From IMG/VR virus record IMGVR_UViG_2574179795_000001, positions 23,063 through 87,062 of that record: a stretch of 64,000 bases of DNA, one strand, 5' to 3'. Numbering within the stretch: the first letter of the stretch is position 1; each line of letters begins with the position of its first letter. Below the pieces are notes generated by a model. The model was not told the DNA's origin, made no database searches, and saw only the letters and a program-made list of their open reading frames with translations. The DNA comes from a virus (lineage: Duplodnaviria; Caudoviricetes). Both the position numbers and the translations under genes were made by a program. Positions 16,620 to 24,857 of the stretch are shown piece after piece.

Positions 16620-17573
16620 TCAGGCCGCGGTGGGCGCGGCGTGGTCGGGGTGGCATGCGCTGCAGGGGCGGCCCGCGGGCAGGCCACTGTGCGTGCGGAA
16701 CCGCTTGTTCAGCTGGGCGGCCGGGTTAGCGGCCAGGCAGGCCGGACAGGCGGGCGGCAGAGCGCCGGGCTTGGCCGCAGCCGGTCGCAGGTTGGGGATC
16801 CGCTTCGTCTCGATCACCGACGCGAAGTTGTTGACCCCGAAGTCGTTGAACGCGATCTGGCCGGCGAGGTGGTCGTCGTAGTCGAGGCCGAGCCGGGTGA
16901 CTGCGGCTGCGAGCGTCGGGGCGACCTTCGCCGCGTCAGCAGGACCGAGCGTCCACGGTGCGGGGAGGCGCATCAGGAACAGGCGGGCTTGTTGCTGTTC
17001 GGGGGTTGCGCACCTTCCCTCCTCCTCCGCCTTGACCGGGGCTGGCGCGCGGCGCGGCTTCGGCATGCGGGAGGAGGAGGTGTTCTCCAACTCAACTGTG
17101 TTCTTTACTCCTAGGTCATTTTTGACCTGGGGGTAGGGCTCATTTTTGACCTCCACCCCCAGGTCATTTCTGACCTGCACCGGCGGGTGCGGGTCACTTT
17201 TGACCTCCACCGCGCGGTCGAAGTCGAACGGCTTCATCGGCGCCAGCGCGTACTCGTTGCTGCTGCGCCCCTTCACCCCGTACGTGGCACCCCACGTCAG
17301 CGCACCAGCCGCCTTCAACGCTGTGAGCTGGCGTTTCACCGCGCTCTCCGACTGCCCGGTCTCCTCGGCGAGCTTGGCGTACGACGGGAAGACCCGCCGG
17401 CGCCAGGCGTAGTTCCGGTGGATGTGCGCCCAGAGCATCGCTGCGGGGGCGTTGACCGGGCTGGCCGGGTCGAAGACGGCCTCGAGCAGGTACACGGGCA
17501 GCGGGGTGAACCAGTAGCCGCCTCCGGCCGGGAGGGCGCCCTCGGGCGGTTCCGCGGCGGGGATGATGCTCAA
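16620..17573 (-). CDS. Phage replication initiator (N-terminal wHTH, lambda O-like role)
   Basis: FPSYAKLAEETGQSESAVKRQLTALKAAG...SNEY; directly upstream of dnaB; internal iterons; C-terminal CPAC/CSAC. Confidence 0.85.
   Translation of the reverse strand: MSIIPAAEPPEGALPAGGGYWFTPLPVYLLEAVFDPASPVNAPAAMLWAHIHRNYAWRRRVFPSYAKLAEETGQSESAVKRQLTALKAAGALTWGATYGVKGRSSNEYALAPMKPFDFDRAVEVKSDPHPPVQVRNDLGVEVKNEPYPQVKNDLGVKNTVELENTSSSRMPKPRRAPAPVKAEEEGRCATPEQQQARLFLMRLPAPWTLGPADAAKVAPTLAAAVTRLGLDYDDHLAGQIAFNDFGVNNFASVIETKRIPNLRPAAAKPGALPPACPACLAANPAAQLNKRFRTHSGLPAGRPCSACHPDHAAPTAA
17113..17206. repeat. Four 16-bp palindromic iterons (probable ori)
   Basis: AGGTCATTTTTGACCT 17113, GGCTCATTTTTGACCT 17137, AGGTCATTTCTGACCT 17161, GGGTCACTTTTGACCT 17191; AT-richer flank. 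Confidence 0.85.
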
Positions 17574-17657
17574 CGGGTACTCCAGCTGAACTTGCCGCTG
17601 TGCTGCGGCAGATGGGTGCAGGGGGTGCCGCCCGACGTGGGTCGGGCGGCGGGGGGC

Positions 17658-18212
17658 CTATCGGCCGCAGGGGATGGCAGCGTGCTCGACGGCCTGCTCG
17701 TAGCTGAGCCGGCCATGCCGGTTGAGCGCCCCGGCGAGGCGCAGCACACTGGGCCAGAGTCCGTCCAGGAGCGTGTCAACCTCGTCGTGCAGAGCCGTCA
17801 GATCGTCGGCCGGCGCGTATTCGGCGATGCCCTGACGGTCGGTGTACGCCAGGATCTCGGTCGCCCATGCCCGGATCGGCGTCCACAGGCCCTGTTCGCG
17901 CAGCCACCGGTCCTGCGCGCGCTCCCCGGCGGCGAAGAAGTGGATGTACGTTTCGAGGGTGCCGGTGAATGTGCACTTGACGTACCCGGCTTGGGGTGCG
18001 GCCGTGTTCGGGTGCTGGCCGAGCGACATGTGGTCGAACGGGATTCCGGCGGCGAGGAGGACGGCGGCGTGTCCGGCTTCGTGAATGGTGGTCATCTGGC
18101 GGTGGTGGGAGTCGGGAAGCCCGTAGAGCCCGCGGACGTCGAACCGTCCGTCGATGTCGGGTGCGGGGTGGCGGGTGAAGATGCGGGTGGTGGGTTCGTA
18201 GTGCCAGCTCAT
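17658..18212 (-). CDS. Stand-alone zincin, peptidase M41 (FtsH protease domain)-like
   Basis: TIHEAGHAAV, AAGERAQ, D, VLRLAGAL...GRL. Confidence 0.75.
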   Translation of the reverse strand: MSWHYEPTTRIFTRHPAPDIDGRFDVRGLYGLPDSHHRQMTTIHEAGHAAVLLAAGIPFDHMSLGQHPNTAAPQAGYVKCTFTGTLETYIHFFAAGERAQDRWLREQGLWTPIRAWATEILAYTDRQGIAEYAPADDLTALHDEVDTLLDGLWPSVLRLAGALNRHGRLSYEQAVEHAAIPCGR

Positions 18213-18394
18213 CGCGGGCTCCCGGGGTGGTTTGGGACGGCGGGCGGTGTGCCGGTGACGACGTGCGTGGCGCTGGGCGGTTCGTAGCCGGTGGTGACGT
18301 TGGTGTAGCCGAAGTCGCGGGCCTGCTCGGCGAGGTGGACGACCTGGGCGGGTGCGGACGGGGTGGTGGCGGGGATCCGGGCGAGGATGCTCAT
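18209..18394 (-). CDS. Hypothetical protein (61 aa)
   Basis: ATGA coupling. Confidence 0.55.
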   Translation of the reverse strand: MSILARIPATTPSAPAQVVHLAEQARDFGYTNVTTGYEPPSATHVVTGTPPAVPNHPGSPR

Positions 18395-18585
18395 GCGGCA
18401 CCGACCTGTCCGCTGGCCTGGACGCGGGCGATGGCGTGCCGCAGCAGGTTCGCGCCGGCGTGGTCGTGGCGGCGGACGGCGTGGGCCAGGAGCGCGAGCA
18501 GCCGGTCGATGCCGGCGAGGACCCGGTCGTGGACGCGGCCGATCGCTGTGTTCTCCGTCGGGCGGTGCACGGTGGAGGCGCTCAC
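18391..18585 (-). CDS. Hypothetical protein (64 aa)
   Basis: GTGA coupling. Confidence 0.6.
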   Translation of the reverse strand: MSASTVHRPTENTAIGRVHDRVLAGIDRLLALLAHAVRRHDHAGANLLRHAIARVQASGQVGAA

Positions 18586-18815
18586 AGCTGCTCACCGCCG
18601 TCGATGTCCTCGTAAGCGCCGACCGCGCGGGCGACGATCAGGGCGGCCAGGTCGCGGGTCAGCCGGGCCGGGTCGAAGCCGACCATCAGCGTGTCCGGGT
18701 CGAGCCAGACGGAGCGCAGCGGGTGACTGTCGGCCGGGAGGGACACGGCGACGATGCCGACGCGCGGCAGATCCGGAGCAGGGGCGATGGTGCTTTGGGC
18801 AGCCAGAGCTGTCAT
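18582..18815 (-). CDS. Hypothetical protein (77 aa)
   Basis: GAGGA SD. Confidence 0.65.
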   Translation of the reverse strand: MTALAAQSTIAPAPDLPRVGIVAVSLPADSHPLRSVWLDPDTLMVGFDPARLTRDLAALIVARAVGAYEDIDGGEQL

Positions 18816-18879
18816 GATGTCCTCATTCCTTCTTGCACGCCTCGGTTACCAGGCCAGGTGGCGTGCACGACGGTTCAGG

Positions 18880-18905
18880 CGGCCCCGCTTCTGCGGGGCC
18901 GTTTT
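18880..18905. terminator. Stem-loop just downstream of the Cro-like gene (T-tract on + strand)
   Basis: CGGCCCCGC-TTCT-GCGGGGCCG-TTTT. Confidence 0.6.
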
Positions 18906-18914
18906 CGTTTTCGG

Positions 18915-19130
18915 TCAGGCTGCAGCCGTGTCGCCGTTGAGCCAGGCGTCGACTGCGCTTCGGCGGTACCGGACGTGGCCGGTGCGGCCCGGAGAGAGCT
19001 TGAGGAACGCCGGCCCAGTGCCCCGCCAGCGCTTGTCGGCCAGGGTTCGGGGCGAGAGCTTGGTCATGAGCCCGACTTCTGCAGGAGTCAGAAGCTCGTC
19101 GTTCGCCGAGACGACTGTTGCATCAGTCAT
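18915..19130 (-). CDS. Cro/AlpA/excisionase-like HTH protein
   Basis: LLTPAEV...LSPRTLADKRWRGTGPAFLKL...VRYRRSAVDAWL. Confidence 0.9.
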   Translation of the reverse strand: MTDATVVSANDELLTPAEVGLMTKLSPRTLADKRWRGTGPAFLKLSPGRTGHVRYRRSAVDAWLNGDTAAA

Positions 19131-19153
19131 CGCGTGCAACTCCTTAGATCGTG

Positions 19154-19234
19154 GATGCTGTCTATTACGCAGCATACACGCGCATGACTGGACGGTCCAT
19201 CGCCAGACCAAAGCACGCATGAGATGCTGCGACT
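19154..19234. promoter_or_regulatory. Repressor/Cro divergent control region with candidate operator half-sites
   Basis: ATGCTG-N9-CAGCAT (19155-75); CGCAGCAT/ATGCTGCG inverted pair (19168, 19224); CGCATGA twice. Confidence 0.45.
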
Positions 19235-19714
19235 ATGGCCGCAACTGACACCAATGCAGAAAGCCCAAGAGGGGCGCTGACCAGGAAGACCAACGACCTG
19301 GGGCCCACTGGGCGCTGTGTGGCGGCCAACATCGCCAGGCTTCGCAACGCCCGCGGCCTGTCGACCTACCGGCTATCCGACGCCCTGGCTGCTCTCGGGC
19401 GCCACGTCCCACCAAGCGCGATCACCCGCATCGAAGGCGGCACTCGCCGCGTGGACGTTGACGACCTGATGGCCTTCGCTGTAACCCTCGACGTCAGCCC
19501 GATTGCCCTTCTACTGCCTCCCACCATCGACGGGCAGACGCAGATCACCGGAGCGGGCGAAGTGCCTGACCCCAACGCTTGGGCCTGGGCCATGGCTGAA
19601 CAGCCCCTGTCGCTCCCTGACGACGACGACGGCCAAGCCTGGAACGACTTCCAGACCTACTCTCGGCCGCCGGGGCTACGGCATTACCGCGGGTCGACCC
19701 CCAGCCGCCAGTAG
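19235..19714 (+). CDS. XRE-family phage immunity repressor
   Basis: VAANIARLRNARGLS..RLS...SAITRIEGGTRRVDVDDL..FAVTLDVSP..LL; divergent from Cro-like gene. Confidence 0.9.
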   Translation: MAATDTNAESPRGALTRKTNDLGPTGRCVAANIARLRNARGLSTYRLSDALAALGRHVPPSAITRIEGGTRRVDVDDLMAFAVTLDVSPIALLLPPTIDGQTQITGAGEVPDPNAWAWAMAEQPLSLPDDDDGQAWNDFQTYSRPPGLRHYRGSTPSRQ

Positions 19715-19800
19715 CGTCACGGTTCGGCAACTCCCTGACGGCGCTTGGTCTCGCCTGGAACGCTGGCCCCCGGATCGCCACGTCAACCCCGGGACACGCC

Positions 19801-20262
19801 ATGATCGAAGCCGAGAACCGAACCGCGACCGTCACCTTCGACGGCCACGCCGTCACCATCACCCGGCACCGAGACGGGTTCGTTCCCCGCGGCACCCGCA
19901 CCATCCCCATCAGCCAGATCTCCGCGATCCGCTGGAAGCCCGCATCCAAGTGGCGAGGCCCCGGGCACCTCCGGTTCGTCCTCGCCGGCACCGTGGAGCG
20001 CCGGTACAGCCAGACCGCGATCCTCAAGACCGACGTCCTCAAAGACGAAAACGCGGTGCCGTTCAGCCACACGCAGCAACCAGCGTTCCAAGCCCTCAAG
20101 GCGGCGATCGAGCAGGCACTCGCACAGCCGCAGGCCGGCCTTGTGCATCCCGCTCGCGGATCGCTGGCCGACGAGCTCGGCAAGCTGCAGCAGCTCGTCC
20201 AGGCCGGCGCTCTGTCCCCGCAGGAGTTCGAGCAGGCGAAGGCTCGGCTCCTTCAGGGTTGA
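19801..20262 (+). CDS. DUF4429 (bacterial PH-like) + SHOCT protein
   Basis: TVTFDG..VTI...IPISQISAIRWKPA...G.LRF; C-terminal LADELGKLQQLVQAGALSPQEFEQAKARLL. Confidence 0.85.
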   Translation: MIEAENRTATVTFDGHAVTITRHRDGFVPRGTRTIPISQISAIRWKPASKWRGPGHLRFVLAGTVERRYSQTAILKTDVLKDENAVPFSHTQQPAFQALKAAIEQALAQPQAGLVHPARGSLADELGKLQQLVQAGALSPQEFEQAKARLLQG

Positions 20263-20298
20263 CCGTGGCTGTCGGTCGGTTCTGGCATCATCGGCGCC

Positions 20299-20736
20299 AT
20301 GACGAACCCTCCCTCCTGGTATCACGATGGCCAGCTCAGTCTTGATCGGCAGCGCATGGCGCAGGCCCACGCCGTTGTTACCCGCGTGGCGGACGAGATC
20401 CCCGTCGGCGACCCGGCGACCCCCCGGCTTCAGGCGGCCCGCGGGGAAGCCTGGGCGGCGGAGCGGCTGTTCGCCGAACGCTTCGTCGAGCTGGCCGGCA
20501 CCGACGGCCGGGGCGCCGGGACCGACTGGCAGACCGGGGACCTGGTCCTCGCCGCGGACGGCCACCTGTGGGTGCGTGCCTACCCGGAGGATGTCGCGAA
20601 GGGCTGGGCGTGGGCGCACTCGACCGAGCAGGTCGGGGCCAGTTCGGGGGCCGTTGAGGAGGAGTACCCGGAGCGGCCGCTCACACTCCTCGTTCGCGAG
20701 GGCAAGCCCGTCGGCGGCGTCCGGGTCGTGGAGTAG
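20299..20736 (+). CDS. Hypothetical protein (145 aa)
   Basis: ORF; WQTGDLVLAADGHLW; candidate leaderless start. Confidence 0.7.
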   Translation: MTNPPSWYHDGQLSLDRQRMAQAHAVVTRVADEIPVGDPATPRLQAARGEAWAAERLFAERFVELAGTDGRGAGTDWQTGDLVLAADGHLWVRAYPEDVAKGWAWAHSTEQVGASSGAVEEEYPERPLTLLVREGKPVGGVRVVE

Positions 20737-20799
20737 CCGCCGTCCGCTCCCGGCGCCTGTCCGGCCTGCGCTACCGTGGCTGGTGACGAAGGGGGCACT

Positions 20800-20955
20800 A
20801 TGAGTGAACAGGTCTGCCCGCGGTGCGCCGGCCAGCGCGTCACCGAGAAAGTCCGATACACCGTCGAGATCGACGCCGACGGCCAGCACGTCTCCAAGCA
20901 GGAGAACTACCTGTCGCCGTGCGACCACTGCGGCGGCCGAGGATGGGTGAGCTGA
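20800..20955 (+). CDS. Zn-finger microprotein (51 aa, not in ORF track)
   Basis: MSEQVCPRCAG...PCDHCGGRGW (DnaJ-like CxxCxGxG); GAAGGGG SD. Confidence 0.7.
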   Translation: MSEQVCPRCAGQRVTEKVRYTVEIDADGQHVSKQENYLSPCDHCGGRGWVS

Positions 20956-21261
20956 ATGCGCATGATCTTCCACTGTGTCGAGTGCGGCGTGCACTACCTG
21001 CCACCCGAGGACATGCACTACGCCGACGGCCAACCCGCCAGCCCGCTATGGTGCGCCGCCTGTCACGCCACGATGCGCGAGCTCGGCATCACCGAACCCC
21101 CCGCAGCCGCAGCCGTCGCCCTCCACGCCGCCCGGGCCGCACTGAACAACTGGGCGCCCACAGTTGAGGAGCCGACCCGGCCCGACGTACGACCCTCCCG
21201 GCCGGCACGAACCCGGCGCGCCAGCAGCGCACCCGGCGGCTCACGGAGCAAGCTGCACTGA
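20956..21261 (+). CDS. Zn-ribbon hypothetical protein
   Basis: CVEC...CAAC; abuts previous gene. Confidence 0.6.
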   Translation: MRMIFHCVECGVHYLPPEDMHYADGQPASPLWCAACHATMRELGITEPPAAAAVALHAARAALNNWAPTVEEPTRPDVRPSRPARTRRASSAPGGSRSKLH

Positions 21262-21274
21262 CAGCCCACAACGA

Positions 21275-21305
21275 AGGCGCCCACCGCAGCTCGCGGTGGG
21301 CGCCT
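21275..21305. terminator. Bidirectional terminator between convergent genes
   Basis: Perfect 13-bp stem AGGCGCCCACCGC/GCGGTGGGCGCCT. Confidence 0.75.
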
Positions 21306-21318
21306 CTTGCGTTCGAGG

Positions 21319-22620
21319 TCAGGCCGGGACGGCCCCGGTGCGCTGCGCGAACTCCCGCAGCCCGGGCAGGGAGACCGGCCCGTACAGCAGGCCTGCGGCC
21401 AGTGCCCGCAAGGCTGGGCGCCGTGCCTCCTCCGGGGCGGCCTGCTCGACGGTTCGCAGCGCCGCGAACGTGCGACGCGGGTCGCCGAGCTGGTTCCACA
21501 TCCTGGCGGTGTCCGTACCGGCCCGGGCCTGGCGCTCCGCCGACGGCCACGACACGCCGGCCAGGCGCTTGGCGTACGGAACGCCCTCGTCCGGGGTGCC
21601 GAGGGCGTTGTGGACGCCGATCCAGTACAGGTCGGCCTGCGCGGTCGTCGCGTCCACCGTGAACAGCGCGCGGCGACCTGCCGACGGCAGTGCCCGCACG
21701 GCTTCCTCGGCGCCGGCCATCAGGTCCAGGGCGTCACCGCGCTGCGCGTTGCACGCGGCCGTGTACGCGGCGGTCATGAGGAGTGTTGCGGCGACGGCCC
21801 GCTGCTCCGCGGCGGGGTCCGCTCCGAGCTGGGCGGCGGTGCGGCGCAGCAGGTCCACCGCAGCGCCCGTGCGGCCGGCGCGGCGCATCGTGATCGCCAG
21901 GACCCGGGCGGCCTCACCCAGAACAACAGGGTCGCCCGACGCCCGGGCCGCGGTCAGGGCCCGGTCGGCGGTCGCCCACGCCACGTCGGCATGCTGCTTC
22001 ACCGCGAGCTCCGTCGCGAGGACATACCCGCGGGCGACAGCAGCGTGCGCCTCTTCCCGGGCCCGGCCGGACGAGGCGTCGCGGGTGGCCTCGGCTGCGC
22101 CCAGTAGGCCGGGCAGGTGCTGGCCGAGGGATCCGTACCGGGCGGCAGTGAAGTCGGCTCTGGCGGCGCCCAGGCCCTTGGCGAGGCGGGGCAGTGTGGT
22201 CGGGGTGGCAGGCGCGGGCTCGAACAGTGCCTGCTCCAGCCCGGCCGCAGGGTCGACGGCAGCGTTGCGGGGGGCCGCAACAGCAGGCGCACCGGCTGCC
22301 AGGGTGATGCCGATGCCTGCCGCGCCGGCGAGTAGTTCTCTGCGGAGCACCGCATCCTCCTGAGGGTGGTGGGCCGATCGATCCACCGTAGCGGCCCCGC
22401 GTGGCCCACGGTCGCCAGTGAGCCCTAACTGGCCGGGCGGGATGCCGAGCTGCGTGGCGATCAGTGCGACCGTCTCCCAGCCCGGCCGCAGCTCCCCCGA
22501 CTCGATCCGTGAGATCGCCGACGGCGAGTAGCCGACCTGCGCACCTAGCTGACCTTGGGTTAACCGGGCAGCAGCGCGTGCTCCCCGAATCACTGAGCCG
22601 ACGTCAATCCCGGTGTCCAT
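21319..22620 (-). CDS. XRE HTH + helical (TPR-like) regulator of Streptomyces type (433 aa)
   Basis: IRGARAAARLTQGQLGAQVGYSPSAISRIESG; LRRELL linker; helical C-terminus. Confidence 0.85.
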   Translation of the reverse strand: MDTGIDVGSVIRGARAAARLTQGQLGAQVGYSPSAISRIESGELRPGWETVALIATQLGIPPGQLGLTGDRGPRGAATVDRSAHHPQEDAVLRRELLAGAAGIGITLAAGAPAVAAPRNAAVDPAAGLEQALFEPAPATPTTLPRLAKGLGAARADFTAARYGSLGQHLPGLLGAAEATRDASSGRAREEAHAAVARGYVLATELAVKQHADVAWATADRALTAARASGDPVVLGEAARVLAITMRRAGRTGAAVDLLRRTAAQLGADPAAEQRAVAATLLMTAAYTAACNAQRGDALDLMAGAEEAVRALPSAGRRALFTVDATTAQADLYWIGVHNALGTPDEGVPYAKRLAGVSWPSAERQARAGTDTARMWNQLGDPRRTFAALRTVEQAAPEEARRPALRALAAGLLYGPVSLPGLREFAQRTGAVPA

Positions 22621-22817
22621 GTGTCCTCCCCAGGCAGGCGGCCCGACGCTACTACCTGACGCAGTGTGCCGCCAGCATGCACACCGCGTGCGGGTCCCGC
22701 ATGCCGCATGCGGCACTGGCTGGCACCCCTTCACCGCCTGCCCGGGCTGCGGTTACCTGAGAACAGCCCCGGCCGGGACACCCCAGACAACCAGCCCTCC
22801 CCAGAGGAGAACCAGGC

Positions 22818-23270
22818 ATGACCACCTGCTCCAGCCTCAGCGCCACCGAGTTCGACTCGGTCGTCGCCACCGTCATCGACAACAACCCCGGCATGGCCAA
22901 CGAGGTCGCCGCCCGGATCGTGTCCGAGGGCGTCAAGTTCGTCATCGCCGGCGCCCGGTACCCGCAGCTGGCCCTCGCGCCGTCCCGGGTCGTCGACGAG
23001 GGCTGGCACGCCCTCATCCTCCACACCCAGCTGTACGCCCGCCTGTGCGCCGAGCACGGCCAGTTCGTCCACCACAGCCCCGGCTACGACCCGACGAACT
23101 ACGACCCGGCGATCCTCGGCCGGACGCAGGACAGCATCGGGCACGCCGGGTTCGCGGTCGACCGGGAGCTGTGGGCCGGGCCGTCCGACGACCGTGTTCC
23201 GGTCGCGGCGAAGTGCCAGCACGCGCCGACGTGCGCGATCCGGCCGATGCCGAAGCCCGAGTGGCCGTGA
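22818..23270 (+). CDS. Glycine-rich-domain-containing (DUF1399-like) protein
   Basis: PSRVVDEGWHALILHTQLYARLC...FVHHSP. Confidence 0.8.
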   Translation: MTTCSSLSATEFDSVVATVIDNNPGMANEVAARIVSEGVKFVIAGARYPQLALAPSRVVDEGWHALILHTQLYARLCAEHGQFVHHSPGYDPTNYDPAILGRTQDSIGHAGFAVDRELWAGPSDDRVPVAAKCQHAPTCAIRPMPKPEWP

Positions 23271-23304
23271 CCGCTACGCTGCCCTCCGGAGACAGGAGGC
23301 AGCG

Positions 23305-23469
23305 GTGAAGTGGATCGATCCCAGGTACGCGGACCTCGTGGCGCAGTACGAGGCCAGTGGCGGAGAGGTCTTCGACGAGCAGCTGGTCGGGCTCGTTGTT
23401 GAGGCTCCGCGCGAGGGTCAGCCGGCTGTTGGGCTGCGCGGCTTCGTGATGGATGCGCCGTCCAGCTGA
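23305..23469 (+). CDS. Microprotein (54 aa)
   Basis: CAGGAGG SD before GTG. Confidence 0.55.
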   Translation: MKWIDPRYADLVAQYEASGGEVFDEQLVGLVVEAPREGQPAVGLRGFVMDAPSS

Positions 23470-23526
23470 GGCTGCACATGGCTGCGCCCCGCCTGGTTGA
23501 GTGATCAGGCGGGGCGCAGCTGCAGC

Positions 23527-23823
23527 TCAGTCGACTTGCTCCTCACTCTTCTTGGGCCGCTTCGAGCCGCGGATGCCCTTGGAGATCTGCTGGGCTCGCG
23601 TGAAGTGGATCCCGAGGACATCGCCAATCTCCTGCCAGGTCTTTCCCTGGTCTCTCATGCGCTGGACACGGACCTGGCGGATCTCGCGTAGCCGGGCGTG
23701 GCTGTTGGGCCAGTCCTGCAGAACGTCAGTGATGGCCTTCGCGCAGGCGGCATCGTCAGTGATCTCCTCCAGCGCCTGAATGGCGTCCAAGAACCTCAAC
23801 ACCTCCTCGGGTTGATCTCCCAC
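23527..23823 (-). CDS. HTH regulator of the transfer module (98 aa)
   Basis: RVQRMRDQGKTWQEIGDVLGIHFTRAQQISKG; divergent from the tra operon. Confidence 0.8.
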   Translation of the reverse strand: MGDQPEEVLRFLDAIQALEEITDDAACAKAITDVLQDWPNSHARLREIRQVRVQRMRDQGKTWQEIGDVLGIHFTRAQQISKGIRGSKRPKKSEEQVD

Positions 23824-23865
23824 TTCGCCGCTCCCTTCCGTTGGGAAGCGTGACTCTTCACGAAT

Positions 23866-23910
23866 GTTAGACCCCCGCTCTTGCGTTCTTCTAGACCCGG
23901 GGTCTAACTT
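23866..23910. promoter_or_regulatory. Operator inverted repeat overlapping the rightward promoter
   Basis: GTTAGACCCC 23866-75 / GGGGTCTAAC 23899-908, plus TCTAGACCC; TTGCGT-N18-TAACTT. Confidence 0.7.
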
Positions 23911-24026
23911 GTTCAGTGTGAGGCCACGCACCTTGGTCTCAACAGCAAGATGCCCCGACCGGCGCTCGAACGCCATTGGCCGGGGCCAGCCCCACCCTCA
24001 CGCCGCTAAGCCACGAGGACAAGACC

Positions 24027-24266
24027 ATGAAGAAGAGTACCCAGAACACCCACGCCAGCGGCACCCCCGCGCCCGCCTCGACCAGCGGCGACGCCCTCGC
24101 CGCAGCCGCAGACCGTTTCGTCGCCTCGGCCGACGCGAGCTACGACGAGCGGACCGACCTGATCCAGAACCTCCGTGTCACGGCCGCGCAGCTCGCTAAG
24201 GCCGAGCAGCAGGTCCTCGACGCGCCCGGCCAGTACCGCGTCGCCGACGACGAGGCCGGCCGGTGA
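24027..24266 (+). CDS. Hypothetical protein (79 aa)
   Basis: GAGGA SD; first gene of tra operon. Confidence 0.65.
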   Translation: MKKSTQNTHASGTPAPASTSGDALAAAADRFVASADASYDERTDLIQNLRVTAAQLAKAEQQVLDAPGQYRVADDEAGR

Positions 24267-24466
24267 GCGCGGACCAGGCCCGGACGATGGGCCTCACCGC
24301 GCGTGAGATCGCCGAAGCCATCGCGACCGCGTCCACCGACGACCTCGGTCTCGGCGAGTCCGCACCGACCCGCCCGTACGGCGCACCCGACATCGGCACC
24401 GCGTGGCTCGACAACCGGCCGGCCGCGTGGAACGCGTTCGGCGAACCCCGAGAGGACCAGCAGTGA
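24263..24466 (+). CDS. Hypothetical protein (67 aa)
   Basis: GTGA coupling. Confidence 0.6.
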   Translation: MSADQARTMGLTAREIAEAIATASTDDLGLGESAPTRPYGAPDIGTAWLDNRPAAWNAFGEPREDQQ

Positions 24467-24573
24467 GCAGCCAGATCAACACCGGCTACGGCAACGGCAC
24501 CACCACGCTGGCCAACGGCAACACCACCCCGATCAAGCCGACCCCCGCACCGAAGCCGAGGAGCAGCAAGTGA
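24463..24573 (+). CDS. Peptide (36 aa) VSSQINTGYGNGTTTLANGNTTPIKPTPAPKPRSSK
   Basis: GTGA coupling at both ends, GAGGA SD. Confidence 0.5.
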   Translation: MSSQINTGYGNGTTTLANGNTTPIKPTPAPKPRSSK

Positions 24574-24857
24574 GCACCGACACCAAGCCCGTGGCCCAGT
24601 ACCTGACCGTCGGCGGCGCCACCGTCGAACTTCGGAGCCACCGCTTCAGTACCAACTACACCGGGCGGGGTCGTCTTGGCGACAGCTGGCACGAGGTGGA
24701 TGGCTTCACCTGGAAGTGCCTGGGCTGCGACACCCGCGGCGGCACCGGATTCCTGAGCCAGGAGCCGTACCTGCCTACCGAGCGGAAGCTGGCCAACAAC
24801 GACGCGAACAGCCACGCCGAGACGTGCCGCGCCATGCCGCTCGGGGGTGCGAAGTGA
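24570..24857 (+). CDS. Zn-binding hypothetical protein (95 aa)
   Basis: YLTVGGATV...CLGC...ANSHAETCRAMP. Confidence 0.7.
   Translation: MSTDTKPVAQYLTVGGATVELRSHRFSTNYTGRGRLGDSWHEVDGFTWKCLGCDTRGGTGFLSQEPYLPTERKLANNDANSHAETCRAMPLGGAK

Noticed and set aside
17570-17779. 69-aa ORF between the zincin and rep genes
   Set aside because: It overlaps the zincin 3' end, has low-complexity Ser/Pro/Arg content and no SD; probably spurious.
18915-19130. HTH_17 protein read as an excisionase implying an adjacent integrase
   Set aside because: Its position divergent from the XRE repressor fits a Cro role; no tyrosine or full-length serine integrase is in the window.
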